This document shows, one piece after another, positions 12,107 through 21,953 of a stretch of DNA of 37,560 nucleotides; position 1 is the stretch's first letter, and every line of letters begins with the position of its first letter. A model generated the notes under the pieces. The model had not been told where the DNA came from. It worked only from the letters and a program-made list of their open reading frames with translations, and did no database searches. The stretch spans positions 1 through 37,560 of the forward strand of contig CANGZG010000001.1 in NCBI GenBank assembly GCA_947458415.1. The letters run 5' to 3'. This DNA is from Comamonadaceae bacterium (GTDB lineage: Bacteria; Pseudomonadota; Gammaproteobacteria; Burkholderiales; Burkholderiaceae_C). A program made the translations under genes and the position numbers.

Positions 12107-13306
12107 ATGCAAAACGATACCTATGACGTGGTGGTGGTGGGCGGTGGACCTGCGGGCGCCACGGCAGCGGATGACCTCGCATTGCAAGGGCACAAAGTCT
12201 TGTTGCTTGACAGGCAAGGCCGAATCAAACCTTGCGGTGGCGCGATTCCGCCCAGGTTGATCAAAGACTTTCAGATTCCCGATGAGCTGTTGGTGGCCAA
12301 AGCGCGTGCGGCGCGCATGGTGTCGCCCAAAGACAAAAAAGTCGACATCCCGATCGAAGGCGGTTTTGTCGGCATGGTCAACCGCGACCAATTTGATGAA
12401 TGGTTGCGCGAGCGCGCCGAGCGTCATGGCGCGGTCCGTCAGCGCGGTGTGTTTGACAAATTGAGCCGGGATGACGATGGGGTGAGTCGGGTGCATTTCA
12501 CTGTGCGCACAGACGACGGTGTGACGTTCACCGCCAGCACACGCGGACGTTGCGTGGTGGGGGCTGACGGCGCGAAGTCGGAGGTGGCCAGACAAGCCGT
12601 GCCCGGTGCAGAAAAAACCAAGTACGTGTTCGCTTACCACGAGATTGTTCAAACGCCGCAAGACATGTTGCAAACCGATGCCGATCCCTCGCGCTGCGAC
12701 GTCTATTACCGTGGCAGTTTGTCGCCCGATTTTTACGGCTGGGTGTTCCCGCATGGCGACACCATGAGTGTGGGCACAGGCAGTGCCGACAAGGGGTTTT
12801 CATTGCGTGGTGCGGTCGGGCGTTTGCGTGACGCAGCAGGTTTGCAACACGCCACTGTGTTGCGCCGCGAGGGTGCGCCTTTGCCCATGAAGCCTTTGCC
12901 GCGTTGGGACAATGGCCTCGATGTGGTGTTGGCAGGTGACGCTGCGGGTGTCGTGGCCCCCGCTTCAGGCGAGGGCATTTACTACGCCATGTTGGGTGGA
13001 CGACTGGCGGCAGAGGCCGCGCACGAACTGCTGGTTTCAGGCAACCCCAAAGTGTTGAAACTGGCGCGCAAGCGGTTCATGAAAGACCATGGCATGGTGT
13101 TCATGGTGCTGGGCATCATGCAATATTTTTGGTACAGCACCGACAAGCGCCGCGAAAGTTTTGTCAAGATGTGCGAGGACAAGGATGTGCAAAAGTTGAC
13201 CTTTGACTCTTACATGAACAAAAAGCTCGAGCGCAAAAAACCCATGGCGCACGTGAAAATATTTTTAAAAGACATGGCGCATTTGATGGGCATGGCCAAG
13301 ACCTGA
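12107..13306 (+). CDS. bchP: Geranylgeranyl reductase
   Basis: VVGGGPAG FAD motif, RIKPCGGAIPP, SPDFYGWVFPHG, GEGIYYAM. Start at ATG 12107 with a GGAGA RBS. Confidence 0.97.
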   Translation: MQNDTYDVVVVGGGPAGATAADDLALQGHKVLLLDRQGRIKPCGGAIPPRLIKDFQIPDELLVAKARAARMVSPKDKKVDIPIEGGFVGMVNRDQFDEWLRERAERHGAVRQRGVFDKLSRDDDGVSRVHFTVRTDDGVTFTASTRGRCVVGADGAKSEVARQAVPGAEKTKYVFAYHEIVQTPQDMLQTDADPSRCDVYYRGSLSPDFYGWVFPHGDTMSVGTGSADKGFSLRGAVGRLRDAAGLQHATVLRREGAPLPMKPLPRWDNGLDVVLAGDAAGVVAPASGEGIYYAMLGGRLAAEAAHELLVSGNPKVLKLARKRFMKDHGMVFMVLGIMQYFWYSTDKRRESFVKMCEDKDVQKLTFDSYMNKKLERKKPMAHVKIFLKDMAHLMGMAKT

Positions 13307-13329
13307 AGCCCTTGCGCTGAAAATTGCCC

Positions 13330-13917
13330 TCAGGGCCCGGGAGGCAAGTGATGGTCTTTGGCGGCCACTTTTTTGCGTTTGACCACCCAAATGGCGAGCC
13401 GCATCAACACCATCACCAGCACCACCCCCGTGATGTCGCCGGTGAACATGATTTGAAGGCCATCGATCAGGTCATGAATCACCCGGTTCCAATACAGCAC
13501 CAATTGGTTCATGGCTGAGTTCAGTGCGGCATAAACCAGTCCCATGATGGTCAAGGTTTTCCAGCGCAAATCGCTCAAGTCGTGTTGAACCAGTTGTTGA
13601 TCGATGAAAAACTTCACGGTCATCAATGGTGCCAACGCATTCGCGACGGCCAACTCCAGCGACAAGGGCAGCTCGCCCTCGAAAAAAAAGCCCAAGCCCG
13701 CCACCAATGACACGGTAAAGACACTGAGTGCGCCCACCATGCCAAACACCAATACCAATAAGAACTTGATCCCGCTGGGCAGGTGCACCAGGTGCGCACC
13801 GGGGGCGAGCAACAATGGGGCCGTCAGCAGATTGTTGAGCGCATAAACCGTTCCGAAAACCAGCGTCAACACCAAAAAAGTGATGAAGCGGTTGTCCCAG
13901 AACAATTTCGAATTCAT
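13330..13917 (-). CDS. Integral membrane protein (about 5-6 TM), stand-alone MASE1-like sensor domain
   Basis: Hydrophobic throughout; LP.G.K..LVL.FG..GA and MF.GD..G motifs resemble MASE1; no output domain; ATGA overlap with the upstream wHTH gene. Confidence 0.65.
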   Translation of the reverse strand: MNSKLFWDNRFITFLVLTLVFGTVYALNNLLTAPLLLAPGAHLVHLPSGIKFLLVLVFGMVGALSVFTVSLVAGLGFFFEGELPLSLELAVANALAPLMTVKFFIDQQLVQHDLSDLRWKTLTIMGLVYAALNSAMNQLVLYWNRVIHDLIDGLQIMFTGDITGVVLVMVLMRLAIWVVKRKKVAAKDHHLPPGP

Positions 13918-14261
13918 CTGGGGGATGTTCGTGTCATCTGTATTGCGTCGGACAAACGGCGAAAGTAGGCTTCACCTTCTTCGGTCAAGGCAATGTATTT
14001 GGTGCGTCGGTTGTTGCCTTGAAAAATGGGGTCCACCATGCGCGATGCAATCAGCATGTTCAATTTGCGGTGCAAGGTGGCGGGGGAACCGATGTGTTTG
14101 AGTCCCATCACATCGGACACGGTGAGCATTTCTCCTTTGGCCAGGCTGATGGCAACTTCGTCCAGTATCAATTTGCTGGTGACATCGATGTCAGGGGCTT
14201 TGGGGGGGTGTTCAAGTGCTTTGAGCAAATTCAAAAATTGGATGTAGTAATTTTTTTTCAT
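13914..14261 (-). CDS. Small MarR-like winged-helix DNA-binding protein
   Basis: LTVSDVM....IGSPATLHRKL..L, D/NRRTK...LT..G pattern. Confidence 0.8.
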   Translation of the reverse strand: MKKNYYIQFLNLLKALEHPPKAPDIDVTSKLILDEVAISLAKGEMLTVSDVMGLKHIGSPATLHRKLNMLIASRMVDPIFQGNNRRTKYIALTEEGEAYFRRLSDAIQMTRTSPR

Positions 14262-14279
14262 GTGCTGTGACCTCTCAGG

Positions 14280-15143
14280 TCATTCTAGGTGCAATAGCTT
14301 CAGGCAATAACGCAGCGTTTCTGCCGGGGCCTCCTCGTGCACCAAGTGGCCATAGGGTAACCATTCGGTCAATTCGCCGTTGTGCAGCAAGGCCAATGCT
14401 TCTTTGGCTTGCACCGGCGGCACGGTGCCGTCTTTGCCTCCGACCAACAACCGCACAGGGCATGTCAGTTGACGCAGTTTGTCTGCGCCCCGAGACAAAT
14501 CCCAAGCGGCCATCATTTTCAAAGCCCCTTGGGCATGCGTCGGGCTGGCAACCAAGTGGGCATACAGCGCCATGCCGCGCGCATCCAACACCGAACCCGT
14601 GCTTTGCAACAATTTTTCCAACACACCCGGACTGCTCGCTTGGCGGGCAAACCAGCGCGGCACCATGCCCGTCATGGCCAACAACTTGGCTGTCGGCGGG
14701 AACAGCAAACCGGCCAAGCCCGGCAAGGGCAGCCACGCCGGGTTGATGCCGATCAGCACCTCGGGTTGCCAATGTTGATCCAACACCATTTGCATCGCGA
14801 TGGCGGCCCCTGCCGAATGCCCGATGAAAGCTTGTACTGGCCAGTTCAAATGGTTCAGCAGTGCGCTGATGCTGCTGGACATGCCAGACAAGGACATGCC
14901 GTCCCCGCTGGACAAGCTGCTGAACCCATGCCCCGGCAAATCAATGGCCATGACTTGCGCGTGTTCAGACAACGGCAACAACAGGTCTCGCCAAGTGTGC
15001 AAAGACGCGCCAGTCCCGTGCAGTAACAGGACGCGCGGACCCTGTGTGCCGGCGGTTTGCACATGCCAGCGCACGCCAGCCACTGAGACAAACTGGCTTC
15101 GATCGCTGTGGGGCCAGTCGTGTCGCTGGCGTTCCCAGTCCAT
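14280..15143 (-). CDS. bchO: Alpha/beta hydrolase BchO (putative Mg-chelatase accessory protein)
   Basis: DW......WPH...S.FV...GVRWHVQ, LLHGTGAS.HTWR, GHSAGAAIA, GHL.HEE. Start at ATG 15143, immediately after the bchD stop. Confidence 0.93.
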   Translation of the reverse strand: MDWERQRHDWPHSDRSQFVSVAGVRWHVQTAGTQGPRVLLLHGTGASLHTWRDLLLPLSEHAQVMAIDLPGHGFSSLSSGDGMSLSGMSSSISALLNHLNWPVQAFIGHSAGAAIAMQMVLDQHWQPEVLIGINPAWLPLPGLAGLLFPPTAKLLAMTGMVPRWFARQASSPGVLEKLLQSTGSVLDARGMALYAHLVASPTHAQGALKMMAAWDLSRGADKLRQLTCPVRLLVGGKDGTVPPVQAKEALALLHNGELTEWLPYGHLVHEEAPAETLRYCLKLLHLE

Positions 15144-15145
15144 GT

Positions 15146-17029
15146 CTAGGCGCCGCCAGGCTGACGCCACACCGGTGCAGCGCCGGCAGGCGGGGGGCTT
15201 TGCCAAAGTGGGCGTGTCACGGCCACAGGCGCAGCCGGCGTTCTGCCCGATTGCACGGCTTGCACCGCTTGGGCCATGCGGTTGCTGTTGGCCATGGGCA
15301 GCGGCACATAACGCGCCCCCATGGCCAGCGCCAATTGCTGGGCTTGGGGCTCGGGTCGGGCACTGGTGTCGAGCCATATGGCGCTGAGGTGGTGACTGCG
15401 CCATGCGCGGGCCAAAGTGAGCGCATCCTCCAGCGCTTGGGCACGTCCGCCTTGGCCTTGCAAGCTGACATTGGGTCGGCCATCTGACAGCATGACCAAG
15501 CTGGGCGTGTGACCCAGCCGTTTTTCTGCCAACGCCACTTGCAGGCTTTGTTCAATGGCGCGCGCCAGTGGCGTGCCGCCGCCGCCCGGCAAACCCGACA
15601 AACTGCGTTTGGCGCGCACCAGCGATTTGGTGGGCGGCAACAGCACCTCGGCTTGCGTGCCCCTGAAGCCGATGACGCACACTTGGTCGCGCCTGGCATA
15701 AGACTGCGTGAGCAGCAACTCGACCGCGCCCTTGGCCTCGGCCAAGCGGTGCAAAGCGGCGGAGCCAGAGGCATCGATGGCAAAGATCAAACAAGTGGGG
15801 CTGTGCTCGGCATAACGGTGCACATGGAAATCTTCGGTGCGAATCGCCAGTTTGGCGCGCGAATGGCTGGGCAAGCGCCGCAATTTTTGGCGCGGCACCG
15901 CGGCATTGAGCGTGGCCAAAATGTGCAATCGGGCGCCTTGGCGTGGGTTGCCCGGACGGGGTGGCATGGGCGTGCCGCGCAGAAAACTGGGTTTGCGCGT
16001 GCCGCTGCGACCTTGCCCGCGACCTGATGGGGCGGGGGTGTTGGCTTGCGCCAATTGCGCCAACACATCAGCGGGCAGGCTGGCCAAGGCAGCTTCCAAC
16101 AAGACCTCGGCCATCTCTTGCAGCTCTGACGCAGGCGGGTTGGGGAGCGGGTCTGGCGGTGTCTGTTCGAGGGCGTCGTCTGCAGGCGGTTCTTCGGGTG
16201 GCGATTCGTTGGGGGGCTCAGGCTCAGGCGGGGCGGCTTGTTGATCGTCGGGTGCGGGCACGCGGGTAGCGCGCGGTGTCAACACCAACCTGGCAGCGCG
16301 TCCCCAGTCTTCGTCTTGCACTTGGTCACTGCCTCGCAAGGCGGCCAGCAATCGGGCCAACCGCACCGTTGCCAAAGCGGCGCGCAAACTCTGCACGCCC
16401 AACGCATCGGCGGTCTGGCACACGGCACGCAACACCACATCGTCCAACGGCATGTTCAATGCATGCTCGCGCAAAGCAGGCAAGTCCATGGACGGCAAGC
16501 TGTCCAATAACCAACGTGTGTGTTCGTCTTCGCCGCCAGCACGACCCATGTGTCGCAAATCCAGCCAAATGCCCAATCGCTCTTGCAAGCCACCTGCCAT
16601 CGGTGGTTCGTCTTCCAAGGATTCGTCGAGTGCCACCAAGCCGATGAACGTGTCTTGCGCTGCTTGGTGCCTGCCTGCGTTGACTTGGCCCATGTCCAAT
16701 ACCTGACCCAAGATGGCGGCGGTGTCGTCCGGCAAGCGCTCGGCCATGGGCAACAGCAACAAGGTCGGCGTGGGCTGTGTCAGCACGCCCGGTTGGTACA
16801 CCGCACGACCCGCATGCAAGGTGGCGCCCAAGTCCAGTCCGCCCAACAGGCGCTCGCTGTCGGCATGGCCCGGCAGGCGGCGCAAAGCCGGGTGCATGCT
16901 GCTCAGCAAAGTCAACCATTCATCTCGCACAGGACCGTGGGGCGCGCGCAACCACACCCCGCGCAAACCTGTCGGGTCGACGCAAAGCGCAGCGGCAGCC
17001 CACAGCGCGTCGTCCCAGGCGAGGTTCAC
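15146..17029 (-). CDS. bchD: Magnesium chelatase subunit D
   Basis: Degenerate AAA domain (RLLGGLDL.ATL..GR), Pro/acidic linker, vWA MIDAS motif DASGS, SYARRD, LPGGGGTPLA. Confidence 0.96.
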   Translation of the reverse strand: MNLAWDDALWAAAALCVDPTGLRGVWLRAPHGPVRDEWLTLLSSMHPALRRLPGHADSERLLGGLDLGATLHAGRAVYQPGVLTQPTPTLLLLPMAERLPDDTAAILGQVLDMGQVNAGRHQAAQDTFIGLVALDESLEDEPPMAGGLQERLGIWLDLRHMGRAGGEDEHTRWLLDSLPSMDLPALREHALNMPLDDVVLRAVCQTADALGVQSLRAALATVRLARLLAALRGSDQVQDEDWGRAARLVLTPRATRVPAPDDQQAAPPEPEPPNESPPEEPPADDALEQTPPDPLPNPPASELQEMAEVLLEAALASLPADVLAQLAQANTPAPSGRGQGRSGTRKPSFLRGTPMPPRPGNPRQGARLHILATLNAAVPRQKLRRLPSHSRAKLAIRTEDFHVHRYAEHSPTCLIFAIDASGSAALHRLAEAKGAVELLLTQSYARRDQVCVIGFRGTQAEVLLPPTKSLVRAKRSLSGLPGGGGTPLARAIEQSLQVALAEKRLGHTPSLVMLSDGRPNVSLQGQGGRAQALEDALTLARAWRSHHLSAIWLDTSARPEPQAQQLALAMGARYVPLPMANSNRMAQAVQAVQSGRTPAAPVAVTRPLWQSPPPAGAAPVWRQPGGA

Positions 17030-18051
17030 GCGCCGAGCACTTCCTCAAGCGCGCGTTGCACGCGCGCGCCCGAACCGGTGTCATCCAACGGATTGCGTCG
17101 CAAACGGTGACGCAAAGCCAAGGGTGCGATGTGTCGCAGGTGCTCGGTGGTGACCGACTTTTTGCCCAAGATGGCAGCGTACGCGCGGCTCGCACGCATC
17201 AATGTGAGCTCGGCACGCAATCCGTCCGTGCCGAGTTTTTGGCACAACTGCGCGCAGGTGCGCAACAAGTCATCGCTGGTTTGCACTTTCTCCAACCCCT
17301 TGCGCGCTTTGAGAATGTGTTTGCGCAGCAACTCGTTGTCAGCGGCGTAGCTTTCTCTGAAGGCTTGCGGGTCACGTTCGAACGCATCACGCCGCTTGAT
17401 CACCAACACGCGTTGGTCCAAATCTTGGGGCGTGCGAACTTCAACTGACAAACCAAACCGGTCGAGCAATTGAGGGCGCAGTTCACCTTCTTCCGGGTTG
17501 CCGCTGCCGACCAATACAAAACGTGCAGGATGGCGAATGCTCAAGCCCTCGCGCTCCACCACGTTTTCGCCGGAGGCAGCCACATCGATCAGCAAATCGA
17601 CCAAATGGTCTTCCAGCAAATTGACTTCGTCGATGTACAAAAAACCTCGGTTGGCTTGCGCCAACAAACCCGGAGAAAAAGCTTTGACGCCTTGGCTGAG
17701 TGCTTGCTCCAAATCGAGCGCACCGACCACGCGGTCTTCGGTGGCACCCAAGGGCAAATCGATGACCGGCACAGGCTTGCTTTCGGTGGCCACTTTGCTG
17801 CCCGATTTCCATCGGCTGCAATCGGGGCAAGCGGCCAAAGCACTTTGCGGGTCGCAGCCGTAGGCGCAACCTTTGACCACTTGGATGGGGGGAAGCAAAT
17901 CCGCCAACGCTCTCACGGCGGTGGATTTGCCTGTGCCACGGTCGCCCAAGGCGAGGACGCCACCCACTTTGGGGTCGACAGCGACGATTTGAATCGCCAG
18001 TTTCATGTCGTCCTGGCCGACGATGGCAGAGAAGGGGAAGGGAATGGCCAT
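17026..18051 (-). CDS. bchI: Magnesium chelatase ATPase subunit I
   Basis: FPFSAIVGQ, GDRGTGKST, LYIDEVNLLEDH, NPEEGELRPQLLDRFG. Confidence 0.98.
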   Translation of the reverse strand: MAIPFPFSAIVGQDDMKLAIQIVAVDPKVGGVLALGDRGTGKSTAVRALADLLPPIQVVKGCAYGCDPQSALAACPDCSRWKSGSKVATESKPVPVIDLPLGATEDRVVGALDLEQALSQGVKAFSPGLLAQANRGFLYIDEVNLLEDHLVDLLIDVAASGENVVEREGLSIRHPARFVLVGSGNPEEGELRPQLLDRFGLSVEVRTPQDLDQRVLVIKRRDAFERDPQAFRESYAADNELLRKHILKARKGLEKVQTSDDLLRTCAQLCQKLGTDGLRAELTLMRASRAYAAILGKKSVTTEHLRHIAPLALRHRLRRNPLDDTGSGARVQRALEEVLGA

Positions 18052-18065
18052 GGGTGGATCTTACG

Positions 18066-18090
18066 AAAGGCGCACAGCAAGCTGTTCGCC
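18066..18090 (-). terminator. Intergenic stem-loop between bchH and bchI (weak terminator or RNA-stabilising hairpin)
   Basis: Minus-strand RNA GGCGAACAG-CUUG-CUGUGCGCC (one internal mismatch), followed by UUU. Confidence 0.5.
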
Positions 18091-18121
18091 ATGCAGTATC
18101 AAGAAAAAATCAAGGCGAGCG

Positions 18122-21100
18122 TCAGTTCGGGGCAGGTTCGTACACACCTTCTAAGCGGTCTTCCAGTTCGTCACTGGCTTGTTGGAGTTGTCGCAGCGTG
18201 TCCGCGTCGGGCGTCCAATACGAACGCGCAGACGCTTCGATCAAGCGGTTGGCCAATCGGGCAGAAGCGGTGGGGTTGAGTTTGGCCAGACGCTCGCGCA
18301 TTTCAGGGTTGAGCACAAAGGTCTCGGAGAGTTGTTTGTACACCCAAGGCTGCACTTGTCCGGTGGTGGCCGACCATCCCATGGTGTTGGTGATGTGCAC
18401 TTCAATTTGCCGCACACCTTCATAGCCGTGTTCGAGCATGCCTTCGTACCACTTCGGGTTGAGCATGCGGGTGCGGGTTTCCAGCGCCACTTGCTCGGAC
18501 AAACTGCGCACCGTGCCGTCGCCTCGGGTCTGGTCACCGATGTACACCGGCGTGTTGTCGCTGCCGCCTTTGGCTTGCCGCACCGCGCGGGTGATGCCGC
18601 CCAGCGTGTCGAAATAGTTGTCCACCGTGGTGACGCCGAGTTCCACCGATTCCAAGTTTTGGTAGGTGAGTTGGACATCGGCCAGCGCGCTTTTGAGCAA
18701 GCCTGGGTGCGACACCGGTTGACCACTCACGCCAAAAGCGAACCCTTTGCGTGAGGTGTAGGCATTGGCCAATTCGTCCTCGTCATCCCAGCAACCGTTG
18801 TCAACCAAGTGGTTGACATTGGCGCCGTATGTGCCGTCGGCATTGCCAAACACACGCAAGGCTGCGGTTGCCATGTCGCATTGGTGTGCTTGTTGGTAAG
18901 CCAAGGCGTGTTTGCGGATGAAGTTGTGTTCTTCCGGTTCATCGGCTTGCGCGGCCAGCAACGCGGCTTGCGCGAGCATTTTGATTTGCAATGGCAACAG
19001 GTCGCGGAAGATGCCCGAGAGCGTGACCACCACGTCGATGCGCGGGCGGCCTAATTCGGCCAAGGGAATCAACTGCGCGCCAACCAGGCGACCGTAGCTG
19101 TCAAAGCGTGGCTTGGCACCAAGCAAACGCAGAGCTTGACCGATTTGGCTGCCTTCGGATTTCAGGTTGTCACTGCCCCACAGCACGATCGCGATCGACT
19201 CGGGCAAGGGGTTGCCGTCTTCCATGAAACGCGCGATCAATTTGTCCGCTTGGCGCGCACCGTCTTGCACCGCAAATGCGCTCGGAATGCGAAACGGGTC
19301 AAAGCCGTGCAGGTTGCGTCCCGTGGGCAACACCTCTGGCGTGCGGATCAAATCGCCACCAGGGGCAGGGCGAATGTAACGGCCATCCAGCGCGTTCAAC
19401 AGACCTTCAATTTCGCTGTTCTTGCCCATCAACGCATGGGTACTGACCAAGGTATCGAACAATTTGTCGCGCTCAGGCGAGACAGCCAAACCGCTCAACT
19501 CGGCGGCCTGCGCTGCGCTGCTGCCGTCGACGATGGCAGCAATGGCCTGCGGCGCGATCTCACCCAGGGCGTGACTGTCGGCCATGGCGCCGAGCATGTT
19601 CAGGTATTGCTCGCGCACATACGGTTTGCCCACCACATGCAAGCCGTGCGGAATCAAGGTGTATTCCAGTTCGAGCATTTGCACGGACAGCCGTTCGATG
19701 GCTTGGTTCACTTGCGTCAAACCCTCTGCATCCGCCACGGCCCACAGTGGTTCGGCGGGTGCCAAGTCGATGGCAGCGGCCTGTGCTTGAATCAATTCAG
19801 CCAGACTGCCCATGTCGCCCATTTCAGCAGGGCTGAGGTTGCGCCAACGGTCGATCGAGGCTTTGAGGTCAATCAGGCCGCTGTACAAACCGGCTTCTTC
19901 GACGGTCGGCGACAAATAACTGATCAGCGTGGCGCCGCCTCTGCGCTTGGCAATCGCGCCTTCTGACGGGTTGTTGGCGGCGTACAAATAAAAGTTGGGC
20001 AAATCGTCGATCAAACGGTCCGGCCAGCAACTGCCTGCCAAGCCGGTTTGTTTGCCCGGCATGAACTCGAGTGAGCCGTGGGTGCCGAAATGCAAAACCG
20101 CGTGCGCGGCGAAGTCTTCACGCAAATAGCGGTAGAAGGCTGAGAACGCATGGGTGGGCGCAAAGCCACCCTCGAACAACAAGCGCATCGGGTCGCCCTC
20201 GTAACCGAAGGCGGGTTGCACAGTGACCAACAGGTTGCCAAATTGGTGACCCAGCACAAAAATAGATTCACCGTTGGACAACAACTTGCCCGGTGCGGGC
20301 CCCCAATGGGCTTCGATGTCGGCCAAGTAGCGCTCGCGTCGCACATGGTCTTGCGCCGAGATCAACGTGTGCACGTTCGCGTCAGCGCCGTATTGCAAAC
20401 GGTTGCCTTCCAAAATGCTTTGTTCGAGTGCTTCGCATGACGCGGGCAGGTCCACGCTGTAGCCTTGCGCTTTCATGGCTTTCATGGTGTTGTAGAGCGA
20501 CTCGAACACGGCCAAGTAAGCCGCTGTGCCCGTGTTGCCTGCGTTGGGCGGAAAATTGAAGATGACCATCGCGACACGCCGTTGTGCACGTTCACTGCGA
20601 CGCAACGCCACCAACTTGGCCACCCGCATCGCCAACATGGCTGTGCGCTCGGTGCAGGTGAACATGTCTTCTTGGTGATGGTCTTTGGTGAAGGTGCAGC
20701 GTTGGTGGCAACCGGTGCAAGTCACCCCCTCGGCGCCGGGGCGACCGCCATACACCATGGGCACCACCGAGCCGTCCAACTCTGGGATGGCGATCATGAT
20801 GGTGGACTCCACCGGCAGCAAGCCACGGCTGGAACCGCCCCATTGGTCCAGTGTTTGAAATTCGACCGGATGGGCGGCGATGTACGGCACGTCCAATCTG
20901 CCCAAAATTTCTTCGGCGGCATGTGCGTCGTTGTAGGCGGGTCCGCCCACCAACGAAAACCCGGTGAGGGAAATCACTGCGTCAACCGTGCATTGGCCGT
21001 CTTTGATGAAAAACGCTTCGATGGCAGGGCGTGAATCCAAGCCCGTGGCAAACACGGGTACCGCTTGCAAGCCTTGCACTTCCAGCGCAGCGATGACCGC

Positions 21101-21934
21101 GTCGTAATGTTGCGTGTTGCTCGCGATCAAGTAAGAGCGCAACAACAGCACACCCACCCGGCCTTTGGCCACTGGCGGTTTGACCATCTGTGGCAATTGC
21201 GCCAAATCGGCATGCAAACGCGGTTGCATGCGCGGGTGGTAGACGCCAACCTCTGGGTACTCTGCAGGCGAGGCGACTTTGATCGCTGCGGATTTCTCCG
21301 GCAGTGCGTGTTTGGCATATCGGTCGACCAAATACAGCACCAGGTTGTGGATGTTTTCTTGCGAGCCGCCCAACCAATATTGCAAAGTGAGAAAGTAGGC
21401 ACGCAAATCTTGTGCGGTGCCGGGGACGAAACGCAAAATTTGGGGCAAGCGGCGCAGCATTTTCATTTGGCGCGCGCCAGCCGAAGCGTCTTGCCCTGCT
21501 TGCGGTTTGCTGCCACGCAATTTTTTCAAGAACGCCATCGGACCGGTGCTGGGTTTGCCCATGTCCAACTTGCCCATGCGGGTGAGTTTGACCACCTCTG
21601 CAGCGGACATGATGCAAACCATGGCCGTGCAGTTGTCGCGTCGCGCTTGCAAGTCGGGCAAAATCGGGAGGAAGTGGTCTTCCAAAAACAACATGCTCAC
21701 CACGATGATGTCAGCGCTGGCAATGTCCGCTTGGCAACGCGTCAGTTTGTGTGCGTCAGCGGCGTATTCGGACGCGGAATGGATGGCAAAGCTCAGACCA
21801 GGCACTTGCCGCACCAAGGCATTGCGAGCTTTGATGGCCGCGCTGTTGAGGTGCGTGTCCATGGTCAGGATGACCACTTTGACAGAACTGCTCGCTGAAG
21901 ATGAATGGGCCATGCGGTTGTTGTGTGGCGGCAA
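18122..21934 (-). CDS. bchH: Magnesium chelatase subunit H
   Basis: SLTGFSLVGGPAYND, HFGTHGSLEFMPGKQ, LPTGRN, LETRTRMLNPKWYEGML. Start is TTG 21934 or ATG 21913. Confidence 0.98.
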   Translation of the reverse strand: MPPHNNRMAHSSSASSSVKVVILTMDTHLNSAAIKARNALVRQVPGLSFAIHSASEYAADAHKLTRCQADIASADIIVVSMLFLEDHFLPILPDLQARRDNCTAMVCIMSAAEVVKLTRMGKLDMGKPSTGPMAFLKKLRGSKPQAGQDASAGARQMKMLRRLPQILRFVPGTAQDLRAYFLTLQYWLGGSQENIHNLVLYLVDRYAKHALPEKSAAIKVASPAEYPEVGVYHPRMQPRLHADLAQLPQMVKPPVAKGRVGVLLLRSYLIASNTQHYDAVIAALEVQGLQAVPVFATGLDSRPAIEAFFIKDGQCTVDAVISLTGFSLVGGPAYNDAHAAEEILGRLDVPYIAAHPVEFQTLDQWGGSSRGLLPVESTIMIAIPELDGSVVPMVYGGRPGAEGVTCTGCHQRCTFTKDHHQEDMFTCTERTAMLAMRVAKLVALRRSERAQRRVAMVIFNFPPNAGNTGTAAYLAVFESLYNTMKAMKAQGYSVDLPASCEALEQSILEGNRLQYGADANVHTLISAQDHVRRERYLADIEAHWGPAPGKLLSNGESIFVLGHQFGNLLVTVQPAFGYEGDPMRLLFEGGFAPTHAFSAFYRYLREDFAAHAVLHFGTHGSLEFMPGKQTGLAGSCWPDRLIDDLPNFYLYAANNPSEGAIAKRRGGATLISYLSPTVEEAGLYSGLIDLKASIDRWRNLSPAEMGDMGSLAELIQAQAAAIDLAPAEPLWAVADAEGLTQVNQAIERLSVQMLELEYTLIPHGLHVVGKPYVREQYLNMLGAMADSHALGEIAPQAIAAIVDGSSAAQAAELSGLAVSPERDKLFDTLVSTHALMGKNSEIEGLLNALDGRYIRPAPGGDLIRTPEVLPTGRNLHGFDPFRIPSAFAVQDGARQADKLIARFMEDGNPLPESIAIVLWGSDNLKSEGSQIGQALRLLGAKPRFDSYGRLVGAQLIPLAELGRPRIDVVVTLSGIFRDLLPLQIKMLAQAALLAAQADEPEEHNFIRKHALAYQQAHQCDMATAALRVFGNADGTYGANVNHLVDNGCWDDEDELANAYTSRKGFAFGVSGQPVSHPGLLKSALADVQLTYQNLESVELGVTTVDNYFDTLGGITRAVRQAKGGSDNTPVYIGDQTRGDGTVRSLSEQVALETRTRMLNPKWYEGMLEHGYEGVRQIEVHITNTMGWSATTGQVQPWVYKQLSETFVLNPEMRERLAKLNPTASARLANRLIEASARSYWTPDADTLRQLQQASDELEDRLEGVYEPAPN

Positions 21935-21953
21935 ATCGGATCGTGATTGAATG

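Noticed and set aside
14251-14258. A8 run just after the wHTH start codon (and a T8 run at 13682-13689 in the membrane protein) as phase-variation tracts
   Set aside because: Short runs in intact frames; no evidence of slippage without read data.
15144-15404. N-terminal extension of BchO in the ORF track
   Set aside because: It overlaps the 3' end of bchD; BchO similarity begins at ATG 15143.
16130-16270. Low-complexity Pro/Glu-rich stretch in bchD
   Set aside because: Normal BchD/ChlD linker, not a repeat element.
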